From: Candidatus Hydrogenedentota bacterium
GTDB taxonomy: Bacteria > Hydrogenedentota > Hydrogenedentia > Hydrogenedentales > SLHB01
Direction of reading: 5' to 3'
DNA: 64,000 nt
Assembly (NCBI GenBank): GCA_045863295.1
Contig: BTWA01000026.1
Coordinates: 1-64,000 of the forward strand
The position numbers were made by a program, and so were the translations under genes. This document shows, in pieces, positions 34,962-43,501 of this stretch (position 1 is its first letter; each line of letters opens with the position of its first letter). The notes under the pieces are model-generated. The model was not told the origin of the DNA and made no database searches. It saw only the letters and a program-made list of their open reading frames with translations.

Positions 34962-37748
34962 ATGAAAACGGTCGTCGTGACTGGCGATGTCATGGTGGAC
35001 CACCACCTTTACGAAGGCAAACGCTTGACGGCATCCGCGACCGATCAACCGGGCTTTAAAGTGTGCCGGCAGCATGGAGGCGCCATGGCCGTTTGCGATC
35101 TCGTTAACGCGGTCATAAACCAGTCGATAACGGACTCTGCTGCCGAGATGGAATGCAAGGCGAAGGCCGTAGAAGACGCCAGACAGGCCTGCGCGAAAGA
35201 CAGTGAAAAGGAAGCTGCACAACAGAAACTCGCGGAGGCGGAAGAGGCCCTCCAGAAACATAAGCGGGTAAGAGAATCTGACTGGAAAGCATGCTTCGGT
35301 CTGACGACGCCCCTGGAACACGAGATACCCTGCGGGCATCATGCCCTCTCCATATGGAAACCATTCCAAACAATGGAAGGCAATGAGGAGAAGAAAGTCT
35401 GGCGGGCGGATTTGCTGATGGGCTACGGCCACGATGACGCTCCAGCAAAATGCGACACGGAGAAGTGCGAGTATACACCCAAAGTCCTTTCCCCGCCGCC
35501 GCCACGCGCGGATGTCCTGGTGTTGGACGACGGCGGCTTCATTTTTCGACACCGTTTCCAACGCGATTGTTGGCTTTTGCCATCGGCGCAGGAAAGTAAG
35601 CCCCATTGGATTGTAATGAAGATGAGCGGGCCGGTCTGCCAAGGCGATCTGTGGTCGCACCTCAAGACGTATGGAGATCGGCTTATCGTCGTGGTCTCCG
35701 CGAACGATTTACGCCAAGAGTGCGTACATTTGGGCGAAGGACTTTCATGGGAGCGCACCGTAGAAGAACTGCGGGACGCGCTGCTAACAAACCCTGCATT
35801 GAGCGACTTGGTGTCCGTTCCGCGCCACTTAATTGTGCTGTTCTCGGCCGACGGCGCGCTGTGGTTGGATAGGTCTGGCGAACAACTCAAAGCGACGCTT
35901 GTCTTCGACGCCGGTGGCATTGAGGGCTGGTGGGGGCGGAAGATCGAGGGCAAGGCCTTTGGATACATGTCGTGCATGGTTGCCTCTGTTGTTCGGGCGG
36001 CGATGCACGATTCAGAGGAACCGGCGATCGATCCGGCGGTTCGGGCAGGCCTCGCCGCAATGCGGGACCTTGCCCGGTGGGGACACGGTGAGGTAAACGA
36101 CGGCTGGCCATCCGGCTTTCCGTGCGACCGGTTGGCGCGGGTGATCGTTCGGGGCGGCAGCGGCTTCGCCGTCACGCGCGTCCCGTGGAGCGAGGCCGAA
36201 CGAAACCTCTATGCCCCCGCACCCGAAAATCCAGACGGGAAGTCTCCTTGGCGGATTGTCGAGACGTCTCAGTGCCCCTTTGGAGACGGAAAGACACCCT
36301 CGCTGCTCGGCCTGGCCTCGCAGGTAGTGATCTATGGAGAACTGGCCATTCGCGCACTCCCCCATGCCCGATTTCGCAACCTGCTAACAGCCGACCGTAT
36401 TGAAATCGAGGCCCTGCGATCCATCGAAGTGCTGATGAACCGGTATCTCGACGAGACAAAACCAAAGCGGCCGCTCTCGATAGGCGTGTTTGGCCCGCCG
36501 GGCGCCGGCAAATCATTTGGCGTCCGGCAGCTTGCCGACGACATCTTTGGCGCAAAAGCATGGTTGGAATTTAATCTGTCACAGTTCAAGGATTCCAAGG
36601 ATCTAATCGGCGCATTTCATCAAGTGCGGGACACGGTGCTAAGCGGGCAAACCCCTACCGTCTTCTGGGATGAATTCGATTCCCGCGAATATGAGTGGCT
36701 CCAGTACCTGCTCGCGCCGATGCAGGATGGGCGCTTCCAGGAAGGCCAGATCAGTCACTACATTGGCAAGTGTGTCTTCATTTTCGCCGGAGCGACCGCC
36801 TATTCGTTTAACGAGTTTGGACCTGCGAAGCCGCCGGACAAACGGTTCGATGCAGACGCGTGGAAAAAATTCAGCTTGCGCAAAGGCCCGGATTTCCACA
36901 GCCGCTTGGACGCCTATTACGACGTGCTCGGGCCCAATCCGCGCACGGTATTGCCCCACGATGGCTGCGGCTCGCAACGCGTACCGGACCCAACAGATGT
37001 CTGCTACCCGCTGCGGCGGGCCTTGCTGATTCGATCTCTCTTGAAAGCCAAGAATTCGGCGCTCGATTTCGATCCGGAATTGCTCCACGCCCTGCTGCAA
37101 ACTGCCGAATACACGCACGGGGCACGCTCCCTCGAAAAACTCGTTACAGCACTCATTCCCACAAAAAAAGGCCAGTCAATCCGGCGCTCGGCATTGCCGC
37201 CGCCGGCCCAACTCGCGATGCACGTGACGGAACCAGAACAGTTCATACACATGCTGGGCCGACACGTCCAATATCGCAATCCTGAAACGATCAATGCCAT
37301 TGCACAAGGCATCCACGAAACGTGGCGTGAGCTTTCGGCAATAGAGCATTGGAAGATGCAGCCCGCCTATGACATGCCATACGAATTGCTTGGAGATGTG
37401 GAAAAGGATGAAAACCGTGCGGCCGCCCGCCGCATCCCGGACATCCTCGCCCTCGCCGGACTGCGGATCGAGCAGTCCGATCTGCCACACGGCGCCGGCG
37501 TCGAAGACCAGTTGAAGCAACCGCATCAACTGCGGCGGTTGGCAGAAGCCGAACACGAAAGGTGGATGGCGCATCGCATCAAGAACGGATGGCGTTATAG
37601 CGAGCAGCGTGACGACGCAAAGAAGCTGCACCATGCGCTCGTGCCGTATGCCGACTTGGCTGAGGCCGACCAGAAAAAGGATCAGAATTCGGTGAAGCAC
37701 TTCCCCGAAATGCTGCGCCGCGCGGGTTACCGTATCGTTTGGGCATGA
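34962..37748 (+). CDS. AAA+ ATPase with C-terminal RyR domain and PfkB-like N-terminal region
   Basis: Begins 'VVVTGDVMVD'. Walker A GPPGAGKS, 'FNLSQF', Walker B VFWDEFD, 'LAPMQDG.F', 'HGARSLE'. C-terminal 'LAEAEHERW...GW.Y...RDD.KKLH..LVPY..L'. Confidence 0.85.
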   Translation: MKTVVVTGDVMVDHHLYEGKRLTASATDQPGFKVCRQHGGAMAVCDLVNAVINQSITDSAAEMECKAKAVEDARQACAKDSEKEAAQQKLAEAEEALQKHKRVRESDWKACFGLTTPLEHEIPCGHHALSIWKPFQTMEGNEEKKVWRADLLMGYGHDDAPAKCDTEKCEYTPKVLSPPPPRADVLVLDDGGFIFRHRFQRDCWLLPSAQESKPHWIVMKMSGPVCQGDLWSHLKTYGDRLIVVVSANDLRQECVHLGEGLSWERTVEELRDALLTNPALSDLVSVPRHLIVLFSADGALWLDRSGEQLKATLVFDAGGIEGWWGRKIEGKAFGYMSCMVASVVRAAMHDSEEPAIDPAVRAGLAAMRDLARWGHGEVNDGWPSGFPCDRLARVIVRGGSGFAVTRVPWSEAERNLYAPAPENPDGKSPWRIVETSQCPFGDGKTPSLLGLASQVVIYGELAIRALPHARFRNLLTADRIEIEALRSIEVLMNRYLDETKPKRPLSIGVFGPPGAGKSFGVRQLADDIFGAKAWLEFNLSQFKDSKDLIGAFHQVRDTVLSGQTPTVFWDEFDSREYEWLQYLLAPMQDGRFQEGQISHYIGKCVFIFAGATAYSFNEFGPAKPPDKRFDADAWKKFSLRKGPDFHSRLDAYYDVLGPNPRTVLPHDGCGSQRVPDPTDVCYPLRRALLIRSLLKAKNSALDFDPELLHALLQTAEYTHGARSLEKLVTALIPTKKGQSIRRSALPPPAQLAMHVTEPEQFIHMLGRHVQYRNPETINAIAQGIHETWRELSAIEHWKMQPAYDMPYELLGDVEKDENRAAARRIPDILALAGLRIEQSDLPHGAGVEDQLKQPHQLRRLAEAEHERWMAHRIKNGWRYSEQRDDAKKLHHALVPYADLAEADQKKDQNSVKHFPEMLRRAGYRIVWA

Positions 37749-37812
37749 CGACAAATGAACTACATGTCCGGCGCCGCAATACCAAGGCCGTTGTTTGAGT
37801 GGCTTCTCACGA

Positions 37813-39678
37813 TCACGCCGGCAGGTGCGGTCCGTGGAACGCCAGCGATGCGGCCCACTCGTAGTTCTCCGAGGCCATGATGTCGCTTGCCGTTCGGACG
37901 TGGGCGCGAATTTCGTCGGGGGTTTCCGCTTTCCGAAGGTCCTCGGCGACATCGTTCAACAACCTCGCCATATTCGCGGACCGGCTCGAGATCCGCTCGC
38001 CATCGAGCAGGGTGTTGATCGCCTGAAACGTTGCGCCCCACAACGGCAGCAGCACGGTGATGCCAAACAGGACGGCCGTGACCGTGCCCATGCCATGCTT
38101 GCCCGGTTCGCCGTGGCCGATCCCTATAGCGTGGAAGAAGGCGGCTACCAGCGTCAGCGAGAAGAGCACCAGTCCCACGCGGTGCAGCGTCTTTGGCAAC
38201 TTCAGTTTCCTCTCGACATTATCCATGTGCCATTGGGCCTGCGGCGTGATCCAGTCCTGCTCGATGAAATCTCGCAATGCCAGCCACCCGGCCTTTTCGT
38301 CCGCGGGATGTAGCGCGGGGCCGGAGGCGCGCATGATGGCCACGTCCACCCAGTCCGCGGGCCGCCGGTAAAAAGGAAGGTGGGATACATCGCGGCGTTG
38401 CCCCGACGCGGTCATTTCGCCCAGCAAGTCCGTGTACAATTTCGCGCGCAGGCGCTCGGCGAAATGGCGGTCGTGCAGCCATTTTTCGTGCCAGCGCTCC
38501 TTTCGCGATATGCGCAGCAACGCCAGAATTGCGACCATCGCCAGCACTTCGAGAAAGGCCGCCGCATACCACGACGGCGCAAACAACATCTGCATGACGG
38601 AAACCGTTACGCCGGAAGCGGCGAGTGTAAAAAGCCCTCGCGCGCTTCTAAAGTGCAGATTCTGGTAGTGAAGCGACAACACGTCGCTCCGGGCATAGTG
38701 CGCCAGCGTTTGCCATGTCTTGTCATTGAGAACCCACTCCGGCGGGTGAGTTTTCTGCGCGGTGTCCAGCATCGAATCCTGGTGTTCGCGAAATTTCCGC
38801 GCAATCGATTCCGCCGAAACCGCGGTGTCGCGGTTGTACGCCGCCAGCGCGTGATAACTTGGCGAAAACTCCTTCGCAGTCTGCGGGAGTTCGCACGTTT
38901 TCAATTTGACTGGCGTCTCTTCTGAATCGGAAGATTCCGGCACTACTAACTTCGCGGGAGTTCGAGGGTTGTCCGCGTTAATCCATAGAATGGTTCGCCC
39001 GTGCAGCAGCGCGTGCTTCACGATATCGCCGGTCCCCCCCCATCCTTTGGCGGGTTTCCCGTCCCACACGGCGATGAGTATGTCGCACTGGTGCACGACC
39101 AACTCGCCCGCTTCCCGGTACAGACAGTCTCGATTCGAACCGTGCGCGTCCAGCATGCCTGCGATTCCCGGCGATGCGTCCAGCGCGAGGAGCTTGCGAA
39201 ACGCCTCCAAACTCGGCGCGTCGAAATCGTGTTCGTATTCCTCGGCATCAAACGGTAGAACCACCTGCAATTGGGAGTCCTTCCGCGCCAGTACAGCCTC
39301 CGCCACGATAATGTCCGCGCCCTGCGCCAACGCCGAAACGACGCGCCATCGCAATGGTGTCGTCATGGACGGATCGACCACGGCCGGTGTCACCGGTACG
39401 GCCGGCCAAATCCACTTCAGCGCGGCAACCAACGCCCGATCGGCCCGCCTCTTGATGGTCTGTTGATTGGTGTGTGGCCCAAGCGGATTTGATCCAGCCG
39501 ATTCCAGCACGCGCTGGACATGATCCAACAGCGCGTCCACGGCCAGTCGCACGCCCGCTTCATCTCCCAACGCCCGATGGCCTGTCACGCCGATCCGCAA
39601 CTCGTACGGTATGGGTTCAGGCAGGCCGACGGAACTCGCGGAACTCCCGCTCGTTTCACTTCCCACTACAGGAGACAT
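37813..39678 (-). CDS. SLOG (YspA-like) domain fused to two SLATT-type 2TM domains
   Basis: SLOG motifs 'IGVTGHR', 'SALAQGAD', 'VVLPF', 'CDILIAVWDG....GGT.D.V'. Two 2-TM units, followed by 'W...R..AERLR' and 'IM.SEN.EW'. Start at ATG 39678 after GAGGG. Confidence 0.8.
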   Translation of the reverse strand: MSPVVGSETSGSSASSVGLPEPIPYELRIGVTGHRALGDEAGVRLAVDALLDHVQRVLESAGSNPLGPHTNQQTIKRRADRALVAALKWIWPAVPVTPAVVDPSMTTPLRWRVVSALAQGADIIVAEAVLARKDSQLQVVLPFDAEEYEHDFDAPSLEAFRKLLALDASPGIAGMLDAHGSNRDCLYREAGELVVHQCDILIAVWDGKPAKGWGGTGDIVKHALLHGRTILWINADNPRTPAKLVVPESSDSEETPVKLKTCELPQTAKEFSPSYHALAAYNRDTAVSAESIARKFREHQDSMLDTAQKTHPPEWVLNDKTWQTLAHYARSDVLSLHYQNLHFRSARGLFTLAASGVTVSVMQMLFAPSWYAAAFLEVLAMVAILALLRISRKERWHEKWLHDRHFAERLRAKLYTDLLGEMTASGQRRDVSHLPFYRRPADWVDVAIMRASGPALHPADEKAGWLALRDFIEQDWITPQAQWHMDNVERKLKLPKTLHRVGLVLFSLTLVAAFFHAIGIGHGEPGKHGMGTVTAVLFGITVLLPLWGATFQAINTLLDGERISSRSANMARLLNDVAEDLRKAETPDEIRAHVRTASDIMASENYEWAASLAFHGPHLPA

Positions 39679-40446
39679 GATCTTCCCTCGCACTGGAACG
39701 CGCGACGCAGTCTACGCGCGGAGAATTGCGTCAACCGCGCCCGCGGACCAATTGCCGGGCGAGTCCATCCATTTCCTTGATCACGTGCAGTCGACCTGCG
39801 CGGTATCGTTTCTGAGTTTCGTATTGCGGCCAGAACCCGGCAGGTCAACGAGACTCTTCACGGTTTCCACGTCATCGCACACCCCCCAGAATGTTGTGTC
39901 TGTGGATCCTATCGACAACCACTCCATAAATCAACGGACTGCAATTTCAAATTCAACAGTACTCAACAACACCTCTACTAGGCGTTCAGTAGCCTCAACA
40001 CGCATCAATCTCGTTTGGCGTGGTAACTCTACCTCCAGATGTATACTTTGAGACCACTAACAATCCCGCTCATTGGACATCTTGCGGCACATCCTGAAAT
40101 CCCGAACATGCAGCTTAACCGCTACAGGAGTCCATCGCCGGAACTCCTTAACCTGGACCGCCAAAGCGCAGGAGAAGGAGTTTCACGGTGGACGATTTCG
40201 ACGGTCAAAGCCATGCCACATGGGATCGCAGATACCACATACTGCTTCTCCCTAAGCTCTGGAGAAAGGTGTTGTACCGGTAATTGCGAAAGCAACTTGA
40301 AGGAATATTTCACTGATTGGCGGGGCAAAAGGAGTGCCGGTTCAATAGGGCATCAAATGGCCGAACATTCCTTCAACCACACATCCGGTCACAGGCGCTA
40401 GGCTCCGTGTTGCCAATTGCCGTTTCGGCTTAAGAAGATTGTTCTA

Positions 40447-40647
40447 CTTTGTGTGCCACTTTATTTGAAGAACTCCGTGCTGTTAGTGGAAGGTGGAATG
40501 TGCCAAGTGACATGGATAACGATCAAAGACGTTTCACAGGGCACCTTGGAGGGCGGAGGCACGACCGTTACCCCCGATACTCTCTAGAATCTCGCTCAAA
40601 GCAAGTCAGCGCGTCTGCCGTGTCTTTGTGTGACACATTCTTTGAAG
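40447..40647 (+). repeat. Imperfect 24-bp direct repeat pair near the right end of island 1
   Basis: CTTTGTGTGCCACTTTATTTGAAG (40447-40470) and CTTTGTGTGACACATTCTTTGAAG (40624-40647); 21/24 identical. Confidence 0.6.
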
Positions 40648-40756
40648 TATATGTGCTACACGGCGTTGCATGTGGCACAGAGACCGAAGGCTGGAAACGG
40701 TTTGGACTCTGTAAACTACAATGATTTCCACGGGTTACGGGTCATAGGTGGAAGCC

Positions 40757-40805
40757 GCTCATAACCCAATGGTCGTAGGTTCGAATCCTACCCCCGCTAC
40801 CAATT
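40757..40805 (+). repeat. att core copy 2 (tRNA-fMet 3' fragment), junction of islands 1 and 2
   Basis: 48/49 identical to 6773-6821; the 5' half of the tRNA is absent. Confidence 0.92.
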
Positions 40806-40812
40806 ATGTATC

Positions 40813-40844
40813 AGGGACTTGCAAGCAATTGCAGTTCCCTTTTT
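40813..40844 (+). terminator. Terminator-like hairpin after att copy 2
   Basis: AGGGACTTGCAA-gcaa-TTGCAGTTCCCT (imperfect stem) followed by TTTT. Confidence 0.6.
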
Positions 40845-40862
40845 GTGTGCCCAAAATGGCCC

Positions 40863-40884
40863 ACTGTACACGAAACTGTACACG
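40863..40884 (+). repeat. Tandem 10-bp repeat, 12-bp period (candidate integrase arm-type sites)
   Basis: ACTGTACACG-aa-ACTGTACACG, about 60 bp right of att copy 2. Confidence 0.5.
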
Positions 40885-40941
40885 GTCCGGCGGTGAAGAC
40901 TGGACACGTGGCACTCCGTCGCACGTTGCTCCCCACCGCCG

Positions 40942-41301
40942 TTCATCGAACTCCCGGAGTGCAACAGCCTCTTTGCGTTTACCTATGGCACAATCGACCA
41001 AGACGACGCCGTGTAGAGCGGCATGCAGACGTTGCGCGAGATACCGCTGGACTGGTGAAATTGGGTCCTGTAGAATCACCACTGCGTCGGCATTCAGTCT
41101 CAACCGGAATCTTCTTAAACCAAAATTTGGTTGATGACAACGGTGCTTCCAGCGGACAAACGCGATTTCGAGTGCTGGAACCAGGCTCCGTATCGGCCCG
41201 ATTCATCTGACCACGCCCACACCGAAGGCTCCGGCGAACACTATCTGCCGCCCTATTGGATGGGCCGCTACTACGGTCTCAACGCGGTGCCTCTCAAGTA
41301 A
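40942..41301 (+). pseudogene. C-terminal fragment of a homologue of the 59925-62084 gene
   Basis: Single frame with 4 internal stops: 'ELPECNSLFAFTYG..GMQTLREIPLDW*NW..NHH..VLPADKR...WNQAPY..GEHYLPPYWMGRYYG'. Aligns with 'EKYERNAFENFIYA..AIETLRRYPWDLVDW..NAH..VYQIDER...WDRDPW..GYHYLLAYYLGRAHG'. Confidence 0.75.
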
Positions 41302-41333
41302 CATCGAGGACAGCATTGTCGCCGGTCAGGCCT

Positions 41334-43439
41334 CTATTGCTGCTCATGCTGTGTGCTTGACGCTTCGATGACGCACGTCTCGGGACGGAGTCGCCGCGCG
41401 AGTTCCGTCGCCGTCATGGCATTGGTCGGGACGGGAAGGTCGTTATTCAGCCAATCTGCCCCGGCCACCCATTGGGTCTCTCCGGTCTCAAGTGCGCCAA
41501 TGGATGGCGAGCGCCCGCCGTTGCCCTCAGCGATTCCAGGCACCAGCACGCCGGTGCCATCCAGCGGGCCGCCCGGCTTGGGGCGAAAATCATACTGAGC
41601 CGGATCCACAAAAAATTGCCCTTCTGACCCCGGCACAAGGGTCGCATTAGAATCGATGGCGCCCGGTTCAGACGTGAGTGGAAGCACGAACTCCCGCTCG
41701 GCATTCTTGTAGTCGCTACGCCAGGACATGCGGTCGAGAAACGAATAGGCAACATTGTTGCGCACGCGCCACCCGGCGCGTTCGGCGGAAGAAATCTCCG
41801 GCTCGAAGACAACGATGAGCCCGCCTTTTAGATTGTTCACCACAAGCGTGTTGTTGTATCCCTCCAGTTGGAAGCCCTGCATCTTACAGCCGACGGAAGC
41901 GTTCCAGACCAAGTTGTGATGGAAAACGATATCGCGCCCCTGAATATCCACGCGATAGCCAATGCCGCGAATATCGTGAAGCCAGTTGTGATTGACCACT
42001 GTACCCGACATTCTCCGTCCGATCGGCACATACAGCGACGAAACATCCACGCAATATAAACCGACGTTGAACACGTGGCAGTATTCCACCTTGGCGGGGC
42101 TCGCACCCCGCGGGTAGATAGCCACGCCGCCAACGTTGTACACCGTATTGCGGCGGATAATGTTGGGAGACGGGGCGCGCGCGGCGGCTTTTTCGTTGCC
42201 CGTTGAAGTACCGGTTCGCCTCGTTCGCGCATTGGCCAGGCTTTCCGCGCCGTCTATGGTGATGCCGGGACCGGGATGTCGGCCGTGCAGGTTGCTGTCG
42301 TGCACGATGCAATTCTCCACCCGGTTGCCCGAGCCTTCGACCTCCAGCGCGCCATCCACCGCCCATTCAATCAGGCAACGCTCAAGGACATTCTCGTCGC
42401 CTTCGATGCGAAGATTTTTCTGCAATTTCTCCGCCGTCTTAAGGCCGGGGAATAGTTTCGGCGTCGATGGATACAGAAATCGGCACCCGCGCAGAACGAT
42501 GCGTCGGCTTTGCGCAAAGCGCACATTGCATTTGTGAAACTCCAGACCGCTAATGACGATATTGCTGACGCCGTTGCCTCCCATTCCAGCGACGCGCGCC
42601 TTTACCGAGACCGCGTTCTGCCGCGGCTCCAGGCCATCGGGAGCAATCAGAAGCAGTTCGCGCTGCTCCACGTCATGCCACCATTCGCCGGGCGCATCGA
42701 GTGCCCCGCGGGCCGCTATGAAAAACCGGTTGCCTTCTAAGCCGTAGCTCGCGATTCGTTCCGGCATCGAGTCCTCGCCCCAGGCTCTGCCTTCCATATC
42801 CGTCGAATCGTAGCGCAGCGTCGCGCTGCCGGATTGATGCTCGGTCACAACGCGGGTGAAGCAATTGTTGCCTTTGCTCAGCTTCAGGTAGACCAATCCA
42901 CCGCGCAAATCCTGGCCCGATTCCGCCATCGCCGGGCTTTCGATCTGGCCGAGCGTAGTGCCATGACCTGTTAGTGCCCACTTTTTCGCCGGCTGCCAGT
43001 TCTCTTCCCACGAGCAATTGGGCCACCGCGCCTCGACCAGCATGCGTTCATCAAAAAAGACCGCTTCAATGGACTCCTTTGCATCTACTTTCATCGCCCA
43101 TATCGTGTCACTCTTTTGCGTCCAAGTGCCGGTGACGATGTCGGAGCCATCAATGATGACGCGTTCGTTTTGGTAACTCGTAAACGTGATGGACTTTTCT
43201 TCGTCGCCGGAAGTTCTGAGTATGGCCATCTCCCGGTAGACCCCGGCGCGGATGAAACAGGTATCGCCCGCTACAGCCGCGTCGGCGGCACGCTGAATTG
43301 ACTTAAACGGCCGATCGATAGCCGTGCCCGAATTCGAATCGTTTCCGTCCGGCGCCACAAAATAATTCGCGGCATACAGCGGCGCCGGCGGAATCAGAAA
43401 CAGGGCGGTCATGGAACAGAGCAAAAGCGTGTGCTTCAT
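41334..43439 (-). CDS. Secreted right-handed parallel beta-helix protein (pectin-lyase-like fold)
   Basis: Signal peptide MKHTLLL...; 'YFVAPDGNDSNSGT...PFKSIQRAA...AGDT..IRAGVYRE'; repeated beta-helix Asn stacks. ATG 43439 after GAGG. Confidence 0.82.
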   Translation of the reverse strand: MKHTLLLCSMTALFLIPPAPLYAANYFVAPDGNDSNSGTAIDRPFKSIQRAADAAVAGDTCFIRAGVYREMAILRTSGDEEKSITFTSYQNERVIIDGSDIVTGTWTQKSDTIWAMKVDAKESIEAVFFDERMLVEARWPNCSWEENWQPAKKWALTGHGTTLGQIESPAMAESGQDLRGGLVYLKLSKGNNCFTRVVTEHQSGSATLRYDSTDMEGRAWGEDSMPERIASYGLEGNRFFIAARGALDAPGEWWHDVEQRELLLIAPDGLEPRQNAVSVKARVAGMGGNGVSNIVISGLEFHKCNVRFAQSRRIVLRGCRFLYPSTPKLFPGLKTAEKLQKNLRIEGDENVLERCLIEWAVDGALEVEGSGNRVENCIVHDSNLHGRHPGPGITIDGAESLANARTRRTGTSTGNEKAAARAPSPNIIRRNTVYNVGGVAIYPRGASPAKVEYCHVFNVGLYCVDVSSLYVPIGRRMSGTVVNHNWLHDIRGIGYRVDIQGRDIVFHHNLVWNASVGCKMQGFQLEGYNNTLVVNNLKGGLIVVFEPEISSAERAGWRVRNNVAYSFLDRMSWRSDYKNAEREFVLPLTSEPGAIDSNATLVPGSEGQFFVDPAQYDFRPKPGGPLDGTGVLVPGIAEGNGGRSPSIGALETGETQWVAGADWLNNDLPVPTNAMTATELARRLRPETCVIEASSTQHEQQ

Positions 43440-43501
43440 CGTGCCAGGTTCCTCAAAATGGGTTCGCGCGCCTTGGCCATTTATCGCGCCTCCGTTGCCC
43501 A

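Noticed and set aside
39700..40750. Integrase or other gene remnant at the right end of island 1
   Set aside because: The frames I translated gave short ORFs with no recognisable recombinase or other motifs; tBLASTn would be needed.
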